DNA of 64,000 nucleotides from an uncultured Planctomycetota bacterium (GCA_963849325.1 CAWKHF010000007.1:96001-160000); one strand, 5' to 3'; shown: positions 24,281 to 32,947, counted from the first letter of the stretch. Numbers and translations are program-made. The notes: a model not told the origin generated them from the sequence alone.

Positions 24281-24524
24281 AATCTCTGCAAGCTGGGAGG
24301 ATTCCATCGAAAGTCAGCCTCATTCCCGGCCCCAACTTCCCTGCTTCGGCCAACTCGGCGATAACTTTTCCTTCAGTATGAGTGTACCAGGCTTGTTCAG
24401 GAAATGTCAACTTGGTTCCCTTGGGGAAGGTAACTTCGGCACCACTTATCGCAGTTCCGCCTGCGATTCTCCCACCTCTTGGACCTGTAAATTCCCAATC
24501 AGCCACATGTGGAGTATTCGACGC

Positions 24525-24737
24525 TCGTCCGAACCAGCCTCCCAGCCCGGCGAAGGCCATCGTCAGTACTGCGGGCGTGAAGTCGCCAATGGTCTTCGCC
24601 GTTCCCTCACTCGCTCCCAGGCCACTTGCAGCCGAATAACCCAGATACGCAATCACCGAGGAGTTGGACTGTCCCGAACCCCAGTCGGCCACTCCCGCGA
24701 TGATCTGATCTACCCCCACCGACATCAAGCCCACACC
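24525..24737 (-). repeat. direct repeat of the pre-toxin segment (copy 2; copy 1 at 26265-26477)
   Basis: GVGLMSVGVDQIIAGVA...FAGLG.WFGR, 60/71 aa identical by manual alignment. Confidence 0.92.
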
Positions 24738-24751
24738 CGACACTACCGCAT

Positions 24752-25198
24752 TTATGTGGGCGAACTCGCAAAATACATGTCCTCTTCAAACGTGAACGAG
24801 AAGCACCAGCCACCGTCCTTGGCAATCACATATAGCGATTGAGGTTCTGTCAACAATCTTGAGAATACATCAAGAAGTACGCCAAAAGTCATCTCCAAAG
24901 CGACTGAAGTTGTATTGTCTCCAACTACCACACATCTGTCGCTCGAATTAAGCCCAGCGGCCAATTCAAATTGTTCTAGAAATTCTCGGATTTCGCTTTC
25001 CTTATCGGCTATCGGAACGCGAGGGAACCTTGCTGGGCGGAATTGTGTACTCGGAAGTTGTTCCCAGCAGATTCCACTCGCACGCACAGGGAAACGCTGA
25101 CTGAGGAGATTGAACCACGGTTTATCGCTTTCATGGACAGTGATCAGTCCCGCAGCGACTTCACTTGCGAGGCATTCCAGCCAATCTTGCTGGTTCAT
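24752..25198 (-). CDS. orphan immunity-like protein
   Basis: 148 aa, AGGAG RBS, low GC; C-terminal 'PQSLYVIAKDGGWCFSFTFEEDMYF' resembles CDI/Rhs immunity proteins (from recall, not searched). Confidence 0.65.
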   Translation of the reverse strand: MNQQDWLECLASEVAAGLITVHESDKPWFNLLSQRFPVRASGICWEQLPSTQFRPARFPRVPIADKESEIREFLEQFELAAGLNSSDRCVVVGDNTTSVALEMTFGVLLDVFSRLLTEPQSLYVIAKDGGWCFSFTFEEDMYFASSPT

Positions 25199-25254
25199 GA
25201 TGCAACTCTCCTAGGGCTATTGGCCACCAAACAGTTGTCGAAGGACTGCGAGGT

Positions 25255-25505
25255 AGAAGGCGAAAAATAGACAAAAAATGCATAAGATACTTTTAGAGTC
25301 TGTCCCAAAAGCCCCTCTCCCCCGAATCGGGGGAGAGGGGCTTTTGGGACAGACTCTTAATGCATTAGAGGCACTAACAAAAAGGCGAACGGCCGGCGTG
25401 AGCCGGCTGGTTTTGGCCCCCACCAGCCGGCTCACGCCGGCCGTTCGCCCAAAAAGTTAGTGGCTCTTAAAACCATCTTATGCGTTTTCTGCTTTTTACA
25501 CCTTT
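25255..25505. mobile_element. nested MITE/REP-like palindromic element
   Basis: perfect 30-bp-arm hairpin 25295-25357 and 28-bp-arm hairpin 25384-25449, enclosed by imperfect AT-rich outer inverted repeats (gcataagat / atcttatgc cores). Confidence 0.7.
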
Positions 25506-25521
25506 TCTCCTTTCATTGGGA

Positions 25522-25977
25522 CTATTCTTTTTGCATTCGCTTAGTTAGCTCGCCAAGGATTTCTGCGACAAAGTTTGAGTTGGTCGCTAGGCATGTCCTT
25601 TCCCCGGTGTCCGGCTTAGTGAAGAACACGCTTCTTATAGGCACTCTCCGCACAGAATCAATGAGGTCTTGCGTGACATTCGCATCCGGAAGTCTGCCCA
25701 ATAGGTGAAACGCCGTACAGCAGACTGACGCTTCTTCGTGCGCGAGAAAGTGCGGCAAATGTGGACCGAAAATCTGCGGGGAATGAACCATCCCTAGCTC
25801 AAGAGCATATACGAGGTGGTACTTATCGTAATTAGGCAAGTCCGATAACATGCGCCCAAGTGATTCTTCGGAAACCCTTGTCGCTGGATCGTTGAGCAAG
25901 GGCTCCATGTAAGCAGCTAGGGCCGAGTTGGCAAGGGCGACAAACGTATCGTACTCGAAAACAGGTGTTGTGGCCAT
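25522..25977 (-). CDS. putative cognate immunity protein (MATTPVFEYD..., 151 aa)
   Basis: ATG overlaps the toxin's TAA stop (TAATG at 25975-25979); low GC; helical, weak HEAT-like segment. Confidence 0.7.
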   Translation of the reverse strand: MATTPVFEYDTFVALANSALAAYMEPLLNDPATRVSEESLGRMLSDLPNYDKYHLVYALELGMVHSPQIFGPHLPHFLAHEEASVCCTAFHLLGRLPDANVTQDLIDSVRRVPIRSVFFTKPDTGERTCLATNSNFVAEILGELTKRMQKE

Positions 25978-28900
25978 TAGAATCCCCATCGGATAACTTT
26001 TCCGGTCGAGTCGATTACCACAGCTCCATACGCTTGAACGAAGCCACGACCTGATGCCTGCCAGGCCAGATCGTGAAAACGGGCAACGAACACTCGCCCA
26101 TTTACAACGAGAGCAGGCCAAGGTCCTGCGCCAAGACCTGGAGCAACTATGGCCTGACTTCCCACAATTGCACCGCGAGCACCTAGCGAAGGTGGCGGCG
26201 ACGTTGCGGTCCCCGGTCCCCTCGCCAGTCCTGGGACGTTCGGTGCCGCCGGGGATTGAGGCCCTCTTCCAAACCAATTCCCCAGCCCCGCGAACGCCAT
26301 CGCCAGCACTGCGGGCGTGAAGTCGCCGATGGTCTGCGCCGTACTCTCACTCGCGCCCAGCCCGCTCGCAGCCGAATAGCCCAGGTATTGGTATAACGAA
26401 GGGTTGGGCTGCGATGAACCCCAGTTGGCCACCCCCGCAATTATCTGATCCACCCCCACCGACATCAAGCCCACGCCCAGCGGCACCACCACGCCGCCAC
26501 CGTTGCCCAGCGTCATCACCGCCCCGCCAATCACGTCGGCGATGCCCACGCCGATCTGCAACACGCTGCCGCCATTTGCCAGCAACCATTGCACCCCCGC
26601 ATCACGCAGGAAGTCCGCTTTCAATTGGTCCCACGTCGTCGTACCCGACGCGCCCGGCCACGACAAGTCCTCTTCCGTGTCGATCGATGGCGACGGCTTG
26701 GCGTCACCCCACGGCGATACCGCACCCGACTTCCGATCCGTCGTCGCACCCCAACTCGCCGACCACAAGTACGTCTTGCGACCACCATCCCCCGACGAAG
26801 AATCACCCTTCGCCCAAGAACGATACACACCGATCTGCCAGCTATTGTTCGTGTTGGTGCTCGCGGGCGACACGAACACCCGACTCGTCCAGTTCTCGCT
26901 GCCGGCCCGCTCATCGATGTCGCGCAGGCTCAACTGACGCTGACCGCCCACTGATGTGCCGGCGATGTTCTTGTGATACGACTGGAAACCGTCGGCATAA
27001 TTACGAATGGTAAAGCCGTCGGCCGTGTCCAGGTTGAACACCTTCTGCCGCGACCATTCCGTCTTCTGCTGGTCGCCCTTGCGGTTGAAACTGAAAGTGT
27101 AATTGTCCGGCGTGCCCTTCTCGACCGTGGTTTCGCTGGTGGAGTTGCTCATGTCCAACTTGTGCCGCCACGACGACTCGACTGCCGGATTGCCGTTGTC
27201 GTACTCGTCGCCTTCGTCGTCCTCCGCATCAGCGGCCGGATGGTACGACTGGTCCTTCTCGTGGAACTCGCTGCTGTTGCTGTCGCTGTGATCGATAGAG
27301 AACTGCCGGCCCGTCTCGCTCCAGCCCGAGTCAGTGCTCTTCTGGTTGACGGTCAGTGTATCGTCTACCGAGGACGATGCCTGGGCTTTGTATCTCCAGT
27401 CGCCGGTGCGGCCCTGACCGTCATCGAGCTTGCCGTTGGCGGCCATCGAGCTATTGCCGCTGCTCTGCTGCGTGAAGCCGGTGGTGCGCGTCGCTTCCGC
27501 ATTACCGTCGCTCAACGTGATGGTCACCGTGTCGGTGCTGCTGACCTTGCCGCTGCCGCCGGCGTTGATCTGGGCATGCAAGACATCGTTATCGCGGTCG
27601 ATCTTGCGATTGATTCCATAGTCGGCGGCGGCGCTGTTGTCGGTCCCCATCGTGATGGTGCCGCTGGCTTGATCGCCGCACAACGTCAAGTCCAGGCCCA
27701 GCGAGTCGCCGCTGTGGCTGTGGTTGTGATTGGTATCGTTGACTTGGCCGGTGCCGTCGGACAGCGGCACGCTGCCCTTGACGGTGTTGACTACGTCGGT
27801 ATCGCTGGCGTCGCTGCCACTGGCGGTCAGCGTGCCGTTGGCCGTGCCCGCGTCGTCGTAGGTCAGGTCGGCTGTGGCGTTGCCGCTGGAACTGCTGCTG
27901 GCCGTGGACAGCGACGTTTGCGTGGGCTGGTTGGTCCCCGCTTGCTTCGACCACACAAAGCCGCCGCCGGACTGGTTGCTCTGCGCCTGGTCGTAGCTGC
28001 TGCCGTCGGTCAGCTGGCCGTCGCTATTGACATTGCCCTTGGCCTTGGACGTGCCCGAGGTACTCGCCGTGTTGCTGGCGAAGACGATGGCGCTCCCTTG
28101 CAGCGAGCCATCGGCAGCGGTGAAGTCGGCCTTGTTGAAGCCCGAGGCGGCGCTCTTGCTCTGGTAGCTGCCGCTGTCGTCGATGCTGTTGACCTTGGCC
28201 ACCTGGTCGGACGCGCCGGAGACGACGCCGTCGCTGTGACTACTGCTGTTGGCCTGGGATGAGTACGTGCCCACCGTCTGACCGGCGGGGGCACCACTGC
28301 TGGAGTCGGCACCGACGGCGATGGTGGAGCCGCCGCTGTCGCTCTGCGACATCTTGGCGTCACTGCTGAGCTGCGAACGGTAGGTCTGCTGGTCCTGGGT
28401 GGCCGAACCGTCGGCGTAGGTCTGGTCCAACGTCTGATCGTCGCTGTAGCTGCCGCTGCTGTCGCTCTGGTAGCGGGAGGTGCCGTCGCTGGCGGCATCG
28501 CCGCCGCGGTGGTAGGCATCGGTGACGGCGTAATGGTTGGTCTGGTTGCCGCTATCGTGGTCCTCGCGGCCCTGCGTGCCCGACTGCGACAAGCCGCCGG
28601 CATCGGTTAGGTTGGTGTCCTGGTTACCGTCGTCTTCATCGAAGCTCTGGTTGTCGATGTCCCAACGGAACTGATCGCGGTCGCCACTGGTGGGATCGCT
28701 GGCGCTAGTGCTGTTCTGGAAGTAATAGCGTGAGGCGACCTGATCGTGGTAATCGTTGTGGGCGTTGATGGCCTGCTGGGTGAGGATGCCGAAGGAGCCG
28801 TAGGTGTTCGTGATCGTGCTGTTACTGTTGAGGAAACCACTGGCGGAAGAGAGTTGTAGGTAATGTGTGCCGTCGGCCGGCGCGGCGGACGGGTCGGGAG

Positions 28901-30479
28901 CGGGGCTGTTATCGTCGGTGGGGAAGTTGGCGGCGTTGTCGCTTTGGATCAACTCGCTGTTGTAAGTGCTTCCTTGCCGGGAGGTCGAGACCGCCGTGCC
29001 CGAGCCGTCGGACTCGCTTTCCTCGGACGTGCCATCATCCGGCGTGCTATCAGCATTCGAGGAGGCCGCGTCGGTCCAGGTGGACGACTGGTTGGACCAG
29101 TCGGTGCGACTGGAGTGGTTGACGAACTGATAGCGGCCGCCGTTGTCGGCGGTGTAGCTGCCGGAGGCCTCGAAGGTGATCGACCCGTTCCAGCTGGTGT
29201 GGTCCCACGTCATGTAGCCGAAGCCATAAGTCGGCACGTAGCCGCCGAGCGGCATGCCTTGCATGGCGATGCTGGGATCGATGGGCGTGCTGAAGGGCGT
29301 CACCTCGTTCTCCACATCGAAGTTCCAGCCATAATCGGTGTGCAAGGAGGCGGTGGCGGTGGTAGTTCCGGTCAGCACCCAGGAGGCGCCGGCCGCGGCC
29401 TGATCGCCGGTAGCCGGCGCGATGGCGGCGTCGAGGGTGACGTCGAGGGAGAAGGAACCATCCTTGCTGCCGCCGCTGTAAGTGTAGTGCTGCACATAAT
29501 GGCTGGAGTCGATCTGGATGGCAGGCGTGGCCGTGGCACTGGTGGTGCTATCGTCCGAGGTGGCGGCACTGGTATCGTCGGCCGTGGTATCGGTGGCGTC
29601 GGTGGTGTCTGCCGTCAGGTCCGCCGGCAGGTCGGGGGCGGTGGTGATGTCGGGTGGCGTGTAGTCGGAGTTATCCACGGCGGGGCCGGCGGAGGTATCC
29701 GGTGCATCGCTGGTGTCGGTGCTGCTGCTATCGGGCCCCCAATCATCGTCCGTGCTGGAGTCATCCGGCGGGGTGGTGTCATCGCTGCTGACATCCGTCG
29801 GCAGGATCAGCCCCGGTTGCGGCGACGTGGCGTCGGCGGTGGAGTCGGTCGGGGCGGGATCATTGTTGGGGCTGGCCGATAGGGAGCTGGTCCACCACGA
29901 ACCGTTGGCAAGCAGCGTCTGAGGATCGAGAGGAGCGGCACTGTCATCGGCGGGGGTGGTGCTGGTGTCGCCCGCGGATGGTCCTATGGCTTGCGCCGCG
30001 AGTGCGCCGCTGGCCGGGTCGATCGGGGACGCCAGGTTGGGATCATCGCCCGCGTTATCGGCAGAGGAATCGGACGGCTGTGCGAGTGTATCGGCAGCGG
30101 TCGCGGTCGCGGTCGCTGTCGCCGGCATGGCAGCCATGTACTGGGCGTAAGCGGTGTAGGACGAGAAGGGCAGGTCCGGGGTGGAGGATGCGGCGGCGTC
30201 GGCATTCGGAGTCCCATCCGTGCCGGTGTTATCGGCAGCGGGGGAAGTCGCGGTCGCGGCCGTTGGCGTGGCGGCGTAGAGGTCCGCATAAGTCGTGGTG
30301 CCGGCTGAGGAAGTCGGGTCCGGGGGCAGCCATGCGGCCGACAGCAAGACGCGCTCCTCCAAGCTTTCCAGGCGGAGGTCCACGTACCGAGGTTTGCTCG
30401 ACCGTGGTCTCCGGCTGCGGAGGTGGGAGGTGGAAATATGAGGCAGAAGATGGCTTTTCAGCCAGGAGAAAAAGGTCAT
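25977..30479 (-). CDS. large exported polymorphic toxin-like protein with LEPR-XLL (planctomycete extracellular) N-terminal motif
   Basis: 'MTFFSWLK...RSRRPRSSKPR..LRLESLEERVLLS'; D/T/S/P/A linker; S/T/D/N/G-rich stalk; hydrophobic Gly-rich pre-toxin segment duplicated downstream; ~95-aa variable tip. Confidence 0.85.
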   Translation of the reverse strand: MTFFSWLKSHLLPHISTSHLRSRRPRSSKPRYVDLRLESLEERVLLSAAWLPPDPTSSAGTTTYADLYAATPTAATATSPAADNTGTDGTPNADAAASSTPDLPFSSYTAYAQYMAAMPATATATATAADTLAQPSDSSADNAGDDPNLASPIDPASGALAAQAIGPSAGDTSTTPADDSAAPLDPQTLLANGSWWTSSLSASPNNDPAPTDSTADATSPQPGLILPTDVSSDDTTPPDDSSTDDDWGPDSSSTDTSDAPDTSAGPAVDNSDYTPPDITTAPDLPADLTADTTDATDTTADDTSAATSDDSTTSATATPAIQIDSSHYVQHYTYSGGSKDGSFSLDVTLDAAIAPATGDQAAAGASWVLTGTTTATASLHTDYGWNFDVENEVTPFSTPIDPSIAMQGMPLGGYVPTYGFGYMTWDHTSWNGSITFEASGSYTADNGGRYQFVNHSSRTDWSNQSSTWTDAASSNADSTPDDGTSEESESDGSGTAVSTSRQGSTYNSELIQSDNAANFPTDDNSPAPDPSAAPADGTHYLQLSSASGFLNSNSTITNTYGSFGILTQQAINAHNDYHDQVASRYYFQNSTSASDPTSGDRDQFRWDIDNQSFDEDDGNQDTNLTDAGGLSQSGTQGREDHDSGNQTNHYAVTDAYHRGGDAASDGTSRYQSDSSGSYSDDQTLDQTYADGSATQDQQTYRSQLSSDAKMSQSDSGGSTIAVGADSSSGAPAGQTVGTYSSQANSSSHSDGVVSGASDQVAKVNSIDDSGSYQSKSAASGFNKADFTAADGSLQGSAIVFASNTASTSGTSKAKGNVNSDGQLTDGSSYDQAQSNQSGGGFVWSKQAGTNQPTQTSLSTASSSSSGNATADLTYDDAGTANGTLTASGSDASDTDVVNTVKGSVPLSDGTGQVNDTNHNHSHSGDSLGLDLTLCGDQASGTITMGTDNSAAADYGINRKIDRDNDVLHAQINAGGSGKVSSTDTVTITLSDGNAEATRTTGFTQQSSGNSSMAANGKLDDGQGRTGDWRYKAQASSSVDDTLTVNQKSTDSGWSETGRQFSIDHSDSNSSEFHEKDQSYHPAADAEDDEGDEYDNGNPAVESSWRHKLDMSNSTSETTVEKGTPDNYTFSFNRKGDQQKTEWSRQKVFNLDTADGFTIRNYADGFQSYHKNIAGTSVGGQRQLSLRDIDERAGSENWTSRVFVSPASTNTNNSWQIGVYRSWAKGDSSSGDGGRKTYLWSASWGATTDRKSGAVSPWGDAKPSPSIDTEEDLSWPGASGTTTWDQLKADFLRDAGVQWLLANGGSVLQIGVGIADVIGGAVMTLGNGGGVVVPLGVGLMSVGVDQIIAGVANWGSSQPNPSLYQYLGYSAASGLGASESTAQTIGDFTPAVLAMAFAGLGNWFGRGPQSPAAPNVPGLARGPGTATSPPPSLGARGAIVGSQAIVAPGLGAGPWPALVVNGRVFVARFHDLAWQASGRGFVQAYGAVVIDSTGKVIRWGF

Positions 30480-30672
30480 GGGCGTCCCCGCTCGTCCCAA
30501 GGAAACCTAAAGAAACCGTAATGAAAGTCTTTGGGGAAGAGTCATGTCGAAACCGCATTTGTCAAGGAAGTGAATACGTTTTTAATCTTTAGCCGTTGGT
30601 ATGGTAATTGCGGTGAAACATCGAAAGGGCGCCGGACGTTCGCGCCTTTGTAGGTTCCCTAAGGAGGAATTT

Positions 30673-31522
30673 ATGGCTTCTAATCCTCCCCCTGGCTCGT
30701 ATCCGGTTCCCCCTAGTCAACCTGTCGCCATCCCACCGGGGACTCCGGTGGCGACTCCCGTGACGTATCAAACCGTCCCTGTGGCCCCCGCACCCCAATC
30801 CGTCCCCGCTCCCCAGCATGAGCACAAGGACCATCGTGAGGAAGTGCGGGTTTACAGCCACTCGACCTTCTTTTACTGGTGGCCGGTGTGGTTGACGGGT
30901 TACATCATGGCCCTGGTCACGCGCTTCGACGGGCAACTCATCGACATCGGCGGCTCGGCAAGTCTGGGTCCACCGCAGCAAGAACCTCGGCGTACTGTTC
31001 ACGCTGATGTTCTTCCTGGTCATCCTCATCACCAACGTGACGCTGCGCGGCCTGGCCTCGGTGGTGGCCATCCTCGCCGTCGCGTTTGGCGCCCTGCTGC
31101 TGGCCTACTACGGCTTGTGGGAAGACGTGCTCAACTGGATGGGCAAGGTGTCGATCTACATGAACATGGGTTTCTACGTCTTCTTCTCGACGCTGGTGCT
31201 CTTCGTCTGGGCCTTCTCGGTGTTCGTCTACGACCGCTTCAGCTACTGGCGGGTGACGCCCGGCCAGCTCACGTACGACGCGGTCATCGGCGGCGCCCAG
31301 AAGAGTTACGACACGCGCGGCATGGTCTTCGAGAAGCACCGGCAAGACCTGTTCCGCCACTGGGTGCTGGGTCTCGGCTCGGGCGACATCCAGATTTCGA
31401 CGACCGGCGCCCGCCGCGAGACATTGAACATCCCCAATGTCCTGTTCGTGGACGCCAAGGTCAGCGAGATCCAGAAGATGATCGCCATGCAGCCGGACCA
31501 GTTCCAAACGCCGGTCGCTTGA
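30673..31522 (+). CDS. conserved-looking membrane protein, frameshifted near 30960
   Basis: AAGGAGG RBS; Pro-rich N-terminus, 'YSHSTFFYWWPVW', several TM helices, C-terminal 'DLFRHWVLGLGSGD'. Confidence 0.7.
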
Positions 31523-31545
31523 GATGTCCTCGAAAAAAGACGTAA

Positions 31546-31636
31546 AAACCACGAATCACACGAATAACACGAATAAAAAAAGAGCGATATTTCTCGGGAT
31601 TTCTTTTTATTCGTGTTTTCGTGTGATTCGTGGTTT
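31546..31636. repeat. inverted repeat built of 9-mer tandem units (CACGAATAA), between convergent genes
   Basis: accacgaatcacacgaataacacgaataaaaa...tttttattcgtgttttcgtgtgattcgtggt. Confidence 0.85.
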
Positions 31637-31669
31637 CCCTCTTACTTCCCGTGGTTCTGAGAGAGGAAA

Positions 31670-32947
31670 TCATTGCTCGGCGGGCAGGATGCAAGCGCTC
31701 ACCGTGCCGAAGCCGACGCGATAGCCGTCGCCCTGGCACCAACCCGTCAACATGACGCGGTCGCCATCGTGCAGGAAGGTCCGGGTCTCACTCCCCACGT
31801 TCAGCGGCCGTGTTCCGCGCCAGGCGAGTTCGAGCAAACTGCCGTAGGAGTCCGGCGTCGGCCCGCTGATCGTACCGGAGGCCAGCAGATCGCCCGGCCG
31901 TAAGTTGCAGCCGTTGACCGTGTGATGGGCCAGTTGCTGGGCGAGCGTCCAGTACAGGTACTTGAAGTTGGACGCGCAAATACGCTGCGGTTCGGCCATC
32001 TTCTCGCCTTGCAGATACACCTCCAGGTGAATGTCATAGGTCGTGCGGGGATCGTCGCGCAGGTAGGGCAAGGGCGGCGGCTCCTGCGGCGGCGCGGCGG
32101 TGCGAAACGGTCCCAGCGCTTCCATCGTCACCACCCACGGCGAAATCGACGTGGCGAAGTTCTTGCCGAGAAACGGTCCCAGCGGTACGTACTCCCAGGA
32201 CTGAATGTCACGTGCGCTCCAATCGTTGAGAAGCACCATGCCGAACAGGTGGTCCTCGGCCGACGCAATGGGAATGGGCCGACCTCGTTCGTTGCCCGGA
32301 CCCACGAAGACGGCCATCTCCAACTCGAAGTCGAGCGAGCGGCTCGGTCCAAACGATGGCGCGGCGGCGTTGTCGGCCTTGCTCTGGCCGCACGGCCGCC
32401 GCACCGGGATGCCGCTGACGATAACGGAGCTGGCGCGTCCGTGATAGGCGACGGGCAGATGCAGCCAGTTGGGCATCAGTGCCTTGTCCGGGCCGCGGAA
32501 CATGCTGCCGACGTTGCTGGCGTGCTCGCGCGACGAATAGAAATCGGTGTAATCGCCGATGTCGGCCGGCAGCAACATTTCGACCTCATCGCTGGGAACG
32601 AGGACGCGGGCCAGCAGTTCGGCATCGTCGCGCAGCGTCGGCTCGTCGGCGCGGAGCAATCGGCTGAGGGCGGCGCGGACCTCGCGCCAGGCCGTTCGGC
32701 CCAGCGCCATGAAGGCGTTGAGCGTCCCGGTGTCGAACACGTGCCGGCCCTGGGCGGCCGGCACATCGAGCAGCCCCAGCGCTTCCAGCACCGTCACGTC
32801 GAGGACGTGCCCGCCGATGGCGACGACGATAACGCGCTCGCCGCCGCGCCGCCGGCCGACACCGAAAGGCAGGTTCTGGATGGGAAAGTGCGATTGGGGC
32901 GGCACCGGCACGAAGGAGCGCAGCCCTGGGTCGGTCGTCGGATTCAT
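31670..32947 (-). CDS. fahA: fumarylacetoacetase
   Basis: 'HFPIQNLPFG', 'GDYTDFYSSREHA', 'PVAYHGRASS', 'LDFELE', 'NDWSARDIQ.WEYVPLGPF', 'SGTISG'. Confidence 0.96.
   Translation of the reverse strand: MNPTTDPGLRSFVPVPPQSHFPIQNLPFGVGRRRGGERVIVVAIGGHVLDVTVLEALGLLDVPAAQGRHVFDTGTLNAFMALGRTAWREVRAALSRLLRADEPTLRDDAELLARVLVPSDEVEMLLPADIGDYTDFYSSREHASNVGSMFRGPDKALMPNWLHLPVAYHGRASSVIVSGIPVRRPCGQSKADNAAAPSFGPSRSLDFELEMAVFVGPGNERGRPIPIASAEDHLFGMVLLNDWSARDIQSWEYVPLGPFLGKNFATSISPWVVTMEALGPFRTAAPPQEPPPLPYLRDDPRTTYDIHLEVYLQGEKMAEPQRICASNFKYLYWTLAQQLAHHTVNGCNLRPGDLLASGTISGPTPDSYGSLLELAWRGTRPLNVGSETRTFLHDGDRVMLTGWCQGDGYRVGFGTVSACILPAEQ

Larger units (their letters stand above)
22629..24743 (-). pseudogene. 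orphan toxin cassette: pre-toxin repeat + zinc deaminase tip (Pput_2613-like), interrupted by IS
   Basis: removing 22749-24280 plus one target-duplication copy gives in-frame '...WYTHTEGK...DGILPACRDCQSLMQWA...LLVKP*' (HxE...CxxC); first 71 aa repeat the main toxin's pre-toxin segment. Confidence 0.85.

Noticed and set aside
25522-26277. 251-aa ORF overlapping the toxin tip
   Set aside because: The upstream part is an alternative frame of the toxin; the coupled ATG at 25977 gives the plausible 151-aa gene.
31546-31636. Short repeats (also 50847-50929, 44472-44571) as a CRISPR array
   Set aside because: Units are 7-9 bp, tandem and inverted, with no unique spacers and no cas genes.
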